Shown one piece after another: positions 33,103-45,631 of a DNA stretch of 64,000 nt. The notes beneath the pieces were generated by a model. That model saw only the letters and a program-made list of their open reading frames with translations, ran no database searches and had not been told where the DNA came from. The position numbers and the translations under genes were made by a program. This DNA is from Tubulanus polymorphus (Eukaryota; Animalia; Nemertea): NCBI RefSeq assembly GCF_964204645.1, contig NC_134025.1:26578299-26642298 (forward strand), in the 5' to 3' direction. Position 1 is the first letter of the stretch. Each line of letters begins with the position of its first letter.

Positions 33103-35276
33103 TGCCTGAAACGAAATCGCCGAGAAAAAAATAAATTCGATGCTGAGCGTTCTGCGCTACGATCACAAATCACCTTATTTCTGTGCACGCTTGAAATGTT
33201 ATCAGACGCCCACTTGAAACGTAGTTTTTACGCGAAACCGGACAATGCGCAACCTTACGTGGGGACGAGAGGCTCGCAGTCGTAATTGAATGCTACACAC
33301 AACAAAAAGTACTTTACTCGGAAACTGGGGCCCAACGGCACCAAAAGAAAATGTATTGGAGAGCCATCGAGTGCAAAAACGAAGTAAATTCTCCGAGGTA
33401 AAGTGATGCGTCGAGCATTATTTATCAAATCGGAATAATTCCTGAATCAGCATGTGAAATACTAAAATATTTCTTAGCGATTGACGCGCTTTCTGGCGAC
33501 CGAGCCTTGAAATCGTTTTATCTCACAGTTAATCATATTGGTTTAAAGGCACAGTAATCGTACTTACTGTCACTAATGAACGTGTCAAACGGTGGAAATT
33601 AATGTTACTGATACTCATTATTTCGAGTCGTTTGAAGTTCACCGACACAACCCGAAAAAGATAATCAACGAGGCCTTTTTTGAATTGTATATTATAGGAA
33701 ATAGATATACGGCAGTATATGAAAGTTGAAATCGATTCCTTTTGTTATTTATTTCGGAACCATCAAAGATAATATTTTTTTCAATTCATGGGGAAAATGA
33801 ACAATTTTGACAATCTATTTGCTGGCAATAGAAAGAATATACTGTTCAAGCTTTCTCATCTATGAGATTATGAGATGTTTTAAAATGTAACGATTATCAG
33901 ATGTTTTTCATGATATATTTTACGATTTAGAACCTCGCGAATGATCTCTCGCAGTGCCTCGTATTGATTCGACTTTCGCGGCCAATTCGTCTCAGATCTT
34001 AACACGATGTCGGATTAAAGGCATCATCTTGTTTCCGAGGAAAACATTACGCACCGGTGATAATGAAAATCTTGTTTCATCATACGTAATCCAGTTAATG
34101 CTATTATAAGTTTTACGTCACTGCATTCCAAAGTCGGAACCAACGAAATCGGTTCACACTTATAGGCGGGAATCTATCTTTAAAAACGTGGTCCATGAAA
34201 AATAGAACGATAACTGATTATCGTAAAAATGCCAACAACATACAACCTTGAAAATATCCAACGGCTAATTCGATACGTACTATATCTAAACAATTATATG
34301 ATATTGAATTCCTGGTCGATTTTTAAAAGGATTGATGTAAATGCAAATTCAAGAAAAAAAGATAATTTCGATGAAGCAATGAACATGTATCAAACTAACT
34401 TATTACAAATGGAATATTTCGGACATCAAAGAAATCAAAGAAGCCGGGCAGGTTTGTTTGCAGCCAAAGCATATTTGCTTTGAGTTTAGCATTTTGTCGC
34501 GTATTCTTCAATAACGGTCTTTGACTTCGCCGACCCCTTAAGGATCACCGAAAGCTTTTCAATACAATTTTACAAATGAATTGTTAAGATTTGGTCTTAA
34601 AAATTAAATTCGAATCCGAATTTGATCAGCCAAAATCAACGTATGATTATCTAGAGACTCTCATAGAAACATTGAATAAAAATTAAAGACTTTTTCTTCG
34701 TTGTCAAAATTAAATTTTTTCAGTTAGTTTTTCAATTTTGAATAAACATCACAAACCTAAAATTCAATGATTTCTATCATTATTTTTCTGGGGAAAGAAA
34801 TTACTGACGTGTAGCCAAATAACTATGAATTTTCGAATGATTTTCATACTCACTATTGATGTAATTTTCATACGCAATAATATTCCAGATTACTAACGAC
34901 ACAGTTTTCTGTTGCTTCTAGTCCAACTAGCGCGTCTATAAGTAATAGTGAATGTAATAGCGCATTTTCATCCTGACTGTTATCAATGTAGCGGTACTTT
35001 CTTCGGGACAGCAAAACAAATGGTAACAAAAACTGTATGTCAAAATGTTGTTGTTGTTTCTATTGTTTTAAGTAAAGTAACTCGTTTGAAGTTTCTCCGC
35101 CGCCGAAAAGTGCCAACGATTCCGATGTCTGTATCATCCGAATTATTAATGATTATCGTCGAAGAATCGCGTTTGACCACGAACACACTTGGAGGCATAT
35201 CCACCTATTTCTCCAATTATTCGGCTAAGGTTGGTACTTAGTTATTGAAAGATTTCAACGGGCAACATTATCGGGG

Positions 35277-36359
35277 CTTTGATATGTCGGAAACATCAAA
35301 GGTATTCTATTTACATAATTAAGCGCTTGTCAACAAGCGACTTGGCTGAGGAAAATCCACCCAATCAGTGAAAGGATCACTTACGCCTAAATTCCTCCAG
35401 CTAACTCTATTCTCTTTGATATATCGCTGAGCTTTTGTTTTTCTTGAAATGAACCCGCGGTTGTTGAGAACCGATCCGTTCGCCGAGAAGACCACAGTAG
35501 CCTGCAGAGTTGGGATAATGGTGCATATGTTGCCGATTCTCGTTGTAATTTACAGGTAACTAAATCAAATAGATAAAGCATTGGCAAAGACAACAAGTGG
35601 AAGACATCGAATCGGATGATCGGAGGATCAAAGCGCTCAAAATGCAGGTAACCCGCTGTTCTAGTGAGCTTTACTTCGCCGACAAGGGGTTCGTTTACTC
35701 AAACGTTTCCCGACAATGAAACACCCGGTGGGGTGAATTAGTGCATATACACGAATGCAACAACGACCACCTTGCAAACTTAATGCGAACATCATTTCTA
35801 CTTTACTCTTGAGATGAATCAAAGTGCTTCACGCATATATAACAAGATGTTCCGACATGTACCGGTGCTGTCCTACTCATCAAAAGCCGTACTCTCATGG
35901 GAAAAGAAAAGAAAAGGTTTCCAATAAAGCTATCTCACATATCTCTCATATCATTTGATTGAAAGTTAAAAAAACAAAAAGAAAACTTTTATATTTCGTT
36001 ATCTTTATTGAGGGTTGTTATACGTATATATATATATAAGCCTTTGTCGAAGGCTGTTAGGAGAAACTTCTTTCAAAATCTGAAATATTGCCACTGGCTA
36101 ACCACAATCAGATAAAGGCGGGGTCGCGTGGTCTTGCAAACAATAATGTTCGACGCGGACGCATGAATTTTCATCATTAAACCACTCCTTTTTCGTTTTC
36201 TCGTTATTTAATTGTGGTTAGCGGTCGTGGAATAATCTTAGAATTAGTCTTGAGTGGACATAATGAGCTTTAATCGAATCATCTTTTCCTCCGCTGACCA
36301 ATAATACCTTTACGTGGAAACCATTCGCGTCTTGTTTGTCGAGTTTTCGTAGATCAAAG
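35277..36359. promoter_or_regulatory. Cluster of TCF/LEF core motifs (CTTTGAT/ATCAAAG) upstream of Notum
   Basis: Sites at 35277, 35295, 35414, 35627, 35818 and 36353; further sites at 33762 and in intron 1 at 32796. Confidence 0.65.
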
Positions 36360-36725
36360 TGACCGCGCGCACGTTAATTTGTCCTCTCCAAAATTCACCT
36401 GCGGTGTTGCTTGTGGGGCCCGACGTTGCCCGCTGCGCAAACGTCTCCGAGGACTCTGTAAATAATAAATGGTTCGTGAGTAATGATTTCAGTTTTCCAA
36501 AATTGAATCATGGAAAACGTAAGAGTCACATGGTTGAACTCACGTACGAGAGAAATGAAGTTAGGTACAGTAATTCTCTACGTGAAAATTATCGTAGTTG
36601 ACTTTGAGAGTGGTAGCATTTCCGAGCGTTTGGCGTATAATAGTAAATTACGATATATGTCACGGAATGTCCTTGTCCAGTATTTTCCTTGGACTGAATT
36701 AATGTATATATAATATCATCTTATA

Positions 36726-37004
36726 CAGGGCCGTCGGAACAGGGGCGGCAGGGGCAGCCGAAGCCGCCCCACTATTTTGCTTAACAAAAATATTTTCAAA
36801 AGCACATTGTACCGCGTAGCAGCTCGTCGTTCTCTGTCCTGGGTGGTTGGCTCACGGCTTCTCATGCTTCTGTGAATAAGCCCGTGAAATGGTCCCAAAA
36901 CGCATCTCCGGCGATTGAATTTTTAAATTTTTTCTAGGGGAGGGCCCCCAGACCACCCTTCAGAAATAAGCCTCGCCCCTGAAAAATTCCTTCCGACGGC
37001 TCTG
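36726..37004. mobile_element. hAT-like MITE
   Basis: CAGGGCCGTCGGAA ... TTCCGACGGCTCTG TIRs with TTATA on both flanks. Confidence 0.8.
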
Positions 37005-37446
37005 TTATATGTTTGCTTCGGGAAGTAGGGATTTTGAATACTAGACGGTATGAACACAGCTATATACTTTTTGAGGTGGGGGATTTGTATTCTGTCGTAC
37101 CCATAACGTCCACAGCGTGATGCCGTCCATTTGGTTACATAATGAACTGCAATGCAAAGGGGTGATGATGGGTCCCACGCAAAAGCAAAGCCAATAAGTT
37201 CGTTAAGTGGTGTTACTTCTCAGCTTGGTATCGCACGTACTGCGTTTCGAGAACCACTATCATCGGCTTCCATAGTTTCTACTGAATAAACACGCATGCA
37301 TGAGATTGATCTATGGATAAACGGTCTTTGACAAACAGAATAGACACAGCTTTGGTAAGAATAATCCAGCTTATTAATGTTTCTCTTTTAGTTAATCTTT
37401 CCCTATGATATTCAGCGTTTTTGCGCCAACGTAGAATGGATTGGAC

Positions 37447-37473
37447 CATGGACGTACTACCGTTACGTCCATG
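37447..37473. mobile_element. Ultra-short 27-bp TIR element with 7-bp target-site duplication
   Basis: ATTGGAC-CATGGACGTA-CTACCGT-TACGTCCATG-ATTGGAC. Confidence 0.7.
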
Positions 37474-37606
37474 ATTGGACCAATGCCGATTATCAATAGC
37501 CTAGTTGCTGGTATTCTCTTTGAGTTGAATATCAATTCGCAATTAAGGCATTAGTTTTAACATCATGTGGATTGATATGAAGTGTGATAGCCTGGTCAGC
37601 CTATAC

Positions 37607-37847
37607 CAGGCGCGGATCCAGGATTTTTTCCAGGAGGGGGTTCATGTTTATGTTAAACCGCTGACTAAAATCTCTGAAAGGGGGCCTGTACGACATGTTT
37701 GGCCAAACATAAGATGATATGGTACCGATTATGTAGTACTGTTTCGCCCGCTTTGTCTTGAGTACACTCCTTCAAGAAAACGATTAAAAATGTTTTGGTA
37801 GCTGAGCAGGGGGTCACGACCCCTAACCCCCTCTGGATCCGCGCCTG
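37607..37847. mobile_element. hAT-like MITE
   Basis: Perfect 15-bp TIRs CAGGCGCGGATCCAG / CTGGATCCGCGCCTG with TATAC on both flanks. Confidence 0.85.
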
Positions 37848-38615
37848 TATACCGCACACTAAAAGAAATACCGTAGAAATTTGCGTTGCCTACTAAGTAA
37901 TTTAAAGTGATAAGATACAGATCTGAAAAAAAATATATAAATCATTCAAATGAGTGTTTAAGATAGTCGGATGATTCAACAGTGAAAGGAATTTTGCAAC
38001 TTCTTGCGCCGCCTCCCCCCGAAGTGGCGGGGGAGGTAGCATAAGCCATTCGTTGGGAAGTTTGAATTTGAATCAGGTAGAAACAGAAGAGGATTCCGCA
38101 GTCAATCATCGCTTATTGAAAATCTCACTCACAGACTCCCTAAAAACCTCGTGGAAAAGCGGGATATATAATTGCGTCTATATCAAATATTTCGATCCGT
38201 GGGTAACATCGATACATTGCCGGTCAATTGTATATCTTTTTTGAAGCAATAAACTAAACTTGTACCTTGAAACTAACCAGTAGCAAAAAAGTGCCCGTGT
38301 TGTGCGAGCCCACCACCGAGGTCCGAGGGGAGGCTCATTTTGCCCGGAGGCCGGACACTAATTGGTAGGCTACAACTAAGACGTATGAATTGACATCAGA
38401 TTTACCCTTCTCCTCCATCTTTCCCATCCATATTACATCTCAGGGAATACATTAATATTACAAAATTAGTGCCAAATTGTAAATTTTCTATTTGTTCACG
38501 TAGCTGTGAATTTCTAGAATAAATAATGGGATAACTCGGCTTCAACTGATACTTATGATATTATGTTGTATCTTTAACTACGATAAAAAAATCTTAATAA
38601 AATGCATGATAAACC

Positions 38616-39397
38616 TATGGAATACCTCAAGGGCCATACGACTTACAAGTTACGATTTACGTTTTACGAGTTACTTATACATTTCCCTTGAATATTCGTT
38701 ACGACTTCCGTTTTATGAGTTACGAATTACAACTTAAATACGTTTTACGAATTACGAGTTACGATTTACGAGTTAAGTGTTGGAGTTTCGGTTCGCAAGA
38801 GTTCAAGGACAGTGGCCACGTGGTAGGCATTTCACTGTGTGGGTGTAATTATTAGACGAATAACTGTAACGATGATGGATGGCTGTACGCGGCCCAGTGT
38901 TTTCAAAAAATAAATACATTTTTTCTATATTGATGAATCTTGTTCTAATTATTAAAATCATTTCCAGCTAAGATCTACATATTGAAATATCGTCTATTAA
39001 AATCATCGTGCACGTAACGGGACAGTCATCAGTCAGTGTGAAATGTATTGTCAGCATTTAATAGATTTTGAGAAGGTTCGCACAGCAGATGGCCAACGCG
39101 CAGATTTTCTGCCCTGTAATAGCCCACTGCAGTCGAGATTGATTCACTATGTACAATAAATTACTCTTATTATGCTGTTTGAAATGACAATTCGACTTCA
39201 TTTTGAAACTCGTTCTTTGAATTTAGCGCGCTTCGGATATCCGAAGCCAATTAGTGAAAAACGTGTAATTCGTAAAACGTAAGTCGTAAAACGTAAGTCG
39301 TAACGTATTGAAGGAAATGTATTAGTCACTCGTAAAACGTAAATCGTAACTCGTAAAACGTAACTCGTAAGTCGTATGGCCCTTGAGGTATTCCATA
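38616..39397. mobile_element. Non-autonomous DNA transposon of about 780 bp with long TIRs built of 7-bp (TTACG-core) repeats
   Basis: TATGGAATACCTCAAGGGCCATACGACTTAC ... GTAAGTCGTATGGCCCTTGAGGTATTCCATA; arrays of GTTACGA/TTTACG at left and their complements at right. Confidence 0.9.
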
Positions 39398-39546
39398 ATG
39401 TAAGACAAAACAACATATAAACAAAATGTAAGACAAAAAGATGAAATCGTAGCGAACGAACGCCGGTCGTTGCAAATCGACCGAAATTTTTTCGAACCGT
39501 CATGTGCTGCCATCTACTTACAAATGAAGCGCATCCTTCTTATTTA

Positions 39547-39605
39547 TGGATTTCCCGTAGTGGGATTTCACGGGATTTCCCTGGGAAAACCCGGGTGAAA
39601 GTCCA
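39547..39605. promoter_or_regulatory. Dense cluster of NF-kappaB-like sites upstream of A20-like gene
   Basis: TGGATTTCCC (39547), GGGATTTCAC (39562), GGGATTTCCC (39572), GGGAAAACCC (39583), GTGAAAGTCC (39595) within 60 bp. Confidence 0.8.
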
Positions 39606-40242
39606 TTTTAAACAAACAATGTCGTTTGAGGTGGTTAATAAAGTAATGTGTTGACGACGAAACGAAACTGGAAATGCGGGTAAATACGTGTGATGTATTT
39701 CATATCATTAGGGCATCATTGATAGCATTTCATTTTTTTTCTGTTTTGAAATTGATGTTTAAGCACTTTCATTCGGGGAGTGACTCACTGACACTCAGTC
39801 TTGCTGTGGTCTGGCTCATGCCTTTAATGCAATACTGTGACATTGTTAGTAACGTAGTCAGAATTCCCCAATCAGTCAGCTTTTATTGCAAGTTTGTCAT
39901 TTTCATGGAAAACACTTGCGTGATCAGTCGTTGGGTGTTAACTCTAAATTCTTAATCAATCAAAATCAAATCATCTTGAAATTACTAGAACTGTATTCGT
40001 GAGGAGATGGTTACTCTACATCTTAAAAGGTCATGCAGCCAAAAGGGTAAGAAAATAAAGCAGGTTGCTTAGGAATAGAAATCCTGGATTACAAACTCTC
40101 AACGGATTCAGGAATCGTTAGAAACTATTGAAATCCTGCGCAATAAAAGCTTGCTGTAGGGAAGTGATACTGGCCTTTCGTTTTAGGGAATGGCATCTAC
40201 TTCAATTCTAATGTTTATCTTCTTTTTATTTTAGATTTTACA

Positions 40243-43200
40243 ATGGCCACCAAACCTATATTCTCGAGGAACATTTCACATATACAACCGCAAAAAGTCC
40301 GAGACTTGAAAGAAAAGATATCAGCTGATGTGAAGCACATCCCTGACAAACCAAGGTTTCTACAAACTACGTCGAATTCAACGACATTGTTACCAAATCT
40401 GGATGAATTTGGACCGGAGTTCAAGAATGTATTTCTATCAACTGTCACTGATTACCAAATGGAAGATGGACTGAAGGAAACACGAGTTATTGGATGGTGT
40501 CGGTTGATCAAATCATTTCACCCACTGAAAACACCAGGTAAATGTTATCATGATACATCAATGAGTAGATTTGTACTGTTATTTATAACCTTATTTATTA
40601 CCTTGTTTAAATCACCAATCAAGGAATGACGTATTTTCACACTAGGAGATGGAAACTGTTTGCTTCACTCAGTCTGTCAGTATATATGGGGTTTTACTGA
40701 TAGCACTTACCAACTTCGTGATCTGCTGTATGTTACACTAGTTGAGGACACTGACAAGAAGATATATAACAGATGGAGGAATGAGCAGGCCTTTTTAGAT
40801 GCTTCAATTCCGGAATTACAATATTCTTCGATTGTGAGTTCTCATATTTGCTTGTCAAATAATCAACAAATAAGACCAATGTTGAAACTGCTATCGTTTA
40901 CTATGTTTAAACATTAACTGCTTGTTTTTCTAGGAATGGCAACGGGATTGGGATGTACTGGTCAGAATAACTGAAAGTTTGAGAGCAGATCAGGAACGTT
41001 TTCCTGGGATGCCATCCGATTCATTGGAAGATGTACATGTCTTTGTGTTAGCTAACGTTCTTCGCCGTCCGATAATCATCCTGAGTGACCCCGTTCTCAG
41101 AAATGCTTTTGGCCAAAGTTTTGGTCCAAATAATTTTGGAGGTATATATTTACCGCTCATGTGGGCGCCAAAAGATTGTTGTCGGATCCCAATCGTGTTA
41201 GGATTTTATTCGAATCACTTCTTTCCGTTGGTCAACATGGCTAATCAACCTGAACTGAGTGGACTTTCGATTGACGTCGAATTTGCAGTTCCGATCGTCA
41301 CCAATGACCTAGCGCCCCTGCGTATTCACTACTTACTCCCAGGCGAAGAAAGGAATGCTACCGTATTACTTCAACAATATTTGTTTCTTACTGAAATTGA
41401 ACAGTATGATGTGCAGAAAGGTGGAATATCAAAAATATTAGCAGCTAAACTGGCTGATAACTACGATCAAACTAGTATCATGACAGATTATCTTGAAGAC
41501 TGCTACAACAAATTCATAAATCAAGTCTCAAGTGAGATTCCACCTACAACAGACAATAATATTGATACGAGTTTATTGAAAGAAGCATCGGCTCCACCCG
41601 TGAGTCTGATTATTACTACACCTCCAGCTCCATCTTCGCCTACTGATACTGGAACCCAACACTCCCCACCGCTTCACAAACTAAGCACTACTAATATCGA
41701 TTGTTCATCAAAAGGATGCCCTCATAAATCAGGTATCACAACTCATCCATTCTGTGCAGTGTGTCATGACAAAAAAGAAATTCTATACCAGATGCCCGAC
41801 TCTCTAAAAGATAGGTTTCTGAATGGCTCTGGTGATCAGTCAAACAGGGAAATTGTGTCTGAAGAAAACCTATACAGTATTGAGCCACTGTCACCTTCTA
41901 AAAAAAATCAACAACTTGTCGTTGGTATTCCATCATTGGCAACCAAGAAAATTGAAACTATAAAAGAAAACAAAGCACCTGCGAATGATAATGAACTTAT
42001 TTTGGAAAAATCGTATCATATTTGCATTGAAAAAGATTGCGAAGAGCCTGCAATTGAACATTTAGATCATATGTGTATGAGACATTATTACAGTGCCGCC
42101 AACAAACAGATGAGAAATATAACTAGACCAGTTAAGAAAGAGAGCGAAATGAGTAAGTGCCGCATCGAAGGTTGCATCGCTGCAGGATACAAATCAACTA
42201 ATTATCTGTGTTCAAAGCATTTGTCACAATTGCCATCTGTTACGACATCAACTGGTGAAAATACACTTGCGCAACCTGTTGTTGAACCCGAAATTGAATA
42301 TTGTTCGACTGAAGGCTGCGACCGTATCTCATCGAAAAATCCTTTCAGAATGTGCGATGTTTGTTTCCAATGGGTTCAGCAAGGCAAAGAACCAGCCCAA
42401 GAGGTTATCAAGGAAAACCGAAAGATCACTAAATCCCCTAAAAAAAGGGTGAAAGCTGAATACACATCATCTTCAACACCGGTGTTCACTGGACCGCAAC
42501 TAGAATCCCTACATAACACTAGAACAAGATTTCCTGAACCTAATATGAGTCAAGTGCCACTGGGAACTCAAATTGAGATATGTGTAAATCCAATATGTGG
42601 TAATCAAGCATCAAGGTCGTGTAATGGGTTATGTTATGTGTGTTTCAACATACTGTGCGATGCAGCGGCGAGGCGAGCTCATAGGGATCAGCATGCTGTC
42701 CAAGCAAGTCGAGGTTGGTTTCAGTAATCTGGGTTTATACAAATGATAATTATTAGTCGTTTGTTAAACTTGCTTAATTCTTTTCTGTTTCAATTTTTAG
42801 CCATGACTTCAGGAGTAAGACGTACACCGTGCGCGATGGAAAACTGTTGTAGATTTAGTCAACCTGGATTATACGGCTACTGTCGTCCTTGTTACGATCA
42901 ACTGGTTCAAATTCGATGTAAGTATGGTACGAGGGATCTTTGGATAATACCAGCCTTGTGTACGCAGCTTATTGAGCAATAAACTGTACATGCTTACATA
43001 GGTTATATTTAGATATATTATCATCCGTTTACTTCAGATCCATCAGAAACCATCAATAACTTGAACGTTGAAACAGTTACCAGCGGTGTAAGGAAAAGTG
43101 TTACTCCTACTTTGAAACCAATCAAATCCTCTGAATGTTTGTCTGAACATTGCAAGAAGTTAGGGAATGAAGCTTTGCAAGGACTCTGCCAAGATTGTCA

Positions 43201-43456
43201 CAAGAAACAATTGCTCGAATTTTCACAGATTCAACATGAAAATCTTGTGAGAAGAGTAGAAGAGCGTGTCGATGAGAGTAGATTGAGATCTCAGTCTGCA
43301 GCAGATGTGGAGCGAAATTTCAATCGAATGATGACGGAAACTGAAACAGCGAGTCGGCATGCGACAGGAAAGTGTAAAAATCTTTCGTGCCACTCGTTTG
43401 GCAATTCGAAATCTTTAGGTTATTGTAATCAATGTTATCCACATTTCACGCTGTAA
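40243..43456 (+). CDS. TNFAIP3: A20/TNFAIP3-like OTU deubiquitinase with eight A20-type zinc fingers
   Basis: Exons 40243-40537, 40646-40833, 40934-42713, 42801-42917, 43038-43456. OTU motifs TPGDGNCLLHS, HVFVLANVLRRPII, SNHFFPLV; repeated C-x4-C-x11-C-x2-C/H fingers; terminal FGNSKSLGYCNQC resembles A20 ZnF7. Confidence 0.9.
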
Positions 43457-44154
43457 TATAGTTGAATATTTTATCAATTGTACATGTAGTCTATCTACAC
43501 CCAATATATCATAACGTAAACTGATTGTTACGATTGTAGACTTAATTAGATCCTAATATGTATATAACATATAAGTAGTCTGTAACGTCTGCTTTTCTGT
43601 AAAGTGTAGATGCCACGGATGCTGTTTTCTCTAACCATGAAGCAGGTAAGCATTTTGTAAATGAACAGGCTACAGATTATTATTATTTTATTATGTTCAC
43701 TATTATTATTATTATTATCATTATATCACTGCTATAAGTTGTACATGTCAAGTGTTTATTTTAGCTGAAAAATAATGATTGTAAGTTCAGGTTGTCGGAC
43801 TTCCATGCAAAAAATTATTTTCCCTACTTCCTAATTTTTGGTGAAAAAGGCTTTTACCAATAAAACTCCAATCCATGCACGATGAAATGAACCTTCTGAA
43901 CTTAGCATGTCCAGCTATCATCTAAAATCCCTACTTCAGTTCTGCCAAGTAGAAAATTTGGATCCCGTTTTTCCCCTAATTCTTTCACTGAGACCACTCG
44001 ACAGTCTGTAAGTTGGACTTCTCATTTATAATGAAAAAGATCATTAACCCAGAAATAAAAATGAAAGTCTATACCGGTATTCTTATTAAAATTAACAGGA
44101 TTTTATTTTCGTATGCTATCATGTTTACATATATGAAAAACACACAATGAGTTC

Positions 44155-44179
44155 ATGTACATGTACATGTACATGTACA
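44155..44179. repeat. (CATGTA)n short tandem repeat
   Basis: catgtacatgtacatgtacatgtac. Confidence 0.8.
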
Positions 44180-45631
44180 ATGTATTCATGTGGCTTTTAA
44201 TGCAACGATTTTACTTCCTTCAAATATCATCAATGCAAGGAACAATATTTCATATTTCCATTAAGATGACTATTTTATACCAATCATTAATCAAACATTA
44301 AATTTCACTGATCTATCGTACAAACATTTAAATATCCATTTGTCATTTGATAATAAACAATCTTAGCAATCAATAATAATTCAATTTCACAATCAAACTA
44401 GTCACAATAGTAATACATAGTTAATAATACCAATCTATTTACAATTAAAATAAATCTCAACATGTCTCGTAAGAAATTTAGTTCCAACCATTTTCAGCTG
44501 TTCTTTTTACATTCAGTCGATGTATTTGACAATGAACAGCAAAACAAGTTTCTAGAAATGCCGATTTGTAGTAATACATGAGTAAGAAGTCACACATCAT
44601 TCCATGAAATGATTTTTTCACCAGTTTGAACAATCTCTGAAATTTCAATTTCCGTGAAGATCTCGGATTTTTTATTCAAATTCGTCCCAAATATTTCATT
44701 TATGATAAACACGCATTTATTTTATTTTGGATATTTCAAGTGAATCAAATTCTTTACTTACATACCATTCATCAGCAAAAGGCCATTGAAAACAATAGCA
44801 ATTTATTAATACATGAACTCCAAAATGAAACTAAACAATTTGATGAACATTAAAACAAATTGAAAATGCGAAATGCCTTAGATAATGCATAATTCACATA
44901 CAATGCATTGTTCGTGGTATTCACAATACAAACTACGGTATAATTTTTTACAGTAATAGCGGTTACAAATCTTTATCTACTGCAAATGTCAAAGATATTC
45001 TCCATCATTTTCAATTCAAGAATTGAATTAACGACTACAAGCTGAGGACTTATCCTTGGATTTTTGAATAAGACAAATTCTAGGGAAAAGCCAGATCAAA
45101 GCAAACAAATGCCTATACCGGGGTAAATAACCTTTCATAAACCACCCATTAAACGAACTACTTTTAAGGATCAGCAACATACCCGGTATAATTTATGGCA
45201 GTAAAATGCTTTTGATAGTACATGTACATAAATATTAAATTCTGAGTCAATAAATAAATGCATCTTGCGCACAAATTATATAAGAAAATCAAAGTTGATG
45301 TAATGCAACAATTCGAATAAGGGTAATATCAAAATAGCCAAAACTATAATAAAATACAAAATCTGAACCCAATAAGTGAGTGCTGTTTGGGAGAGCTAAT
45401 ACATAAGATCTAACACACTGTCAAGAATTATTCTCCTCTTCTTGAATTATAAAATACATTTTGAAATTTGGTTTTAAAATGCAGTAAATTTGTAGAGCAA
45501 GTATAAATGGTTTCATTCATTTCAAATATAATATCCATATGTACAAATCTGGTATGCGCTAATTTTAACAATTATCAAATATTAAAGGTTTTCAAGTCTA
45601 AACGTACTATAAATCTGAAAATTGAAAATTA

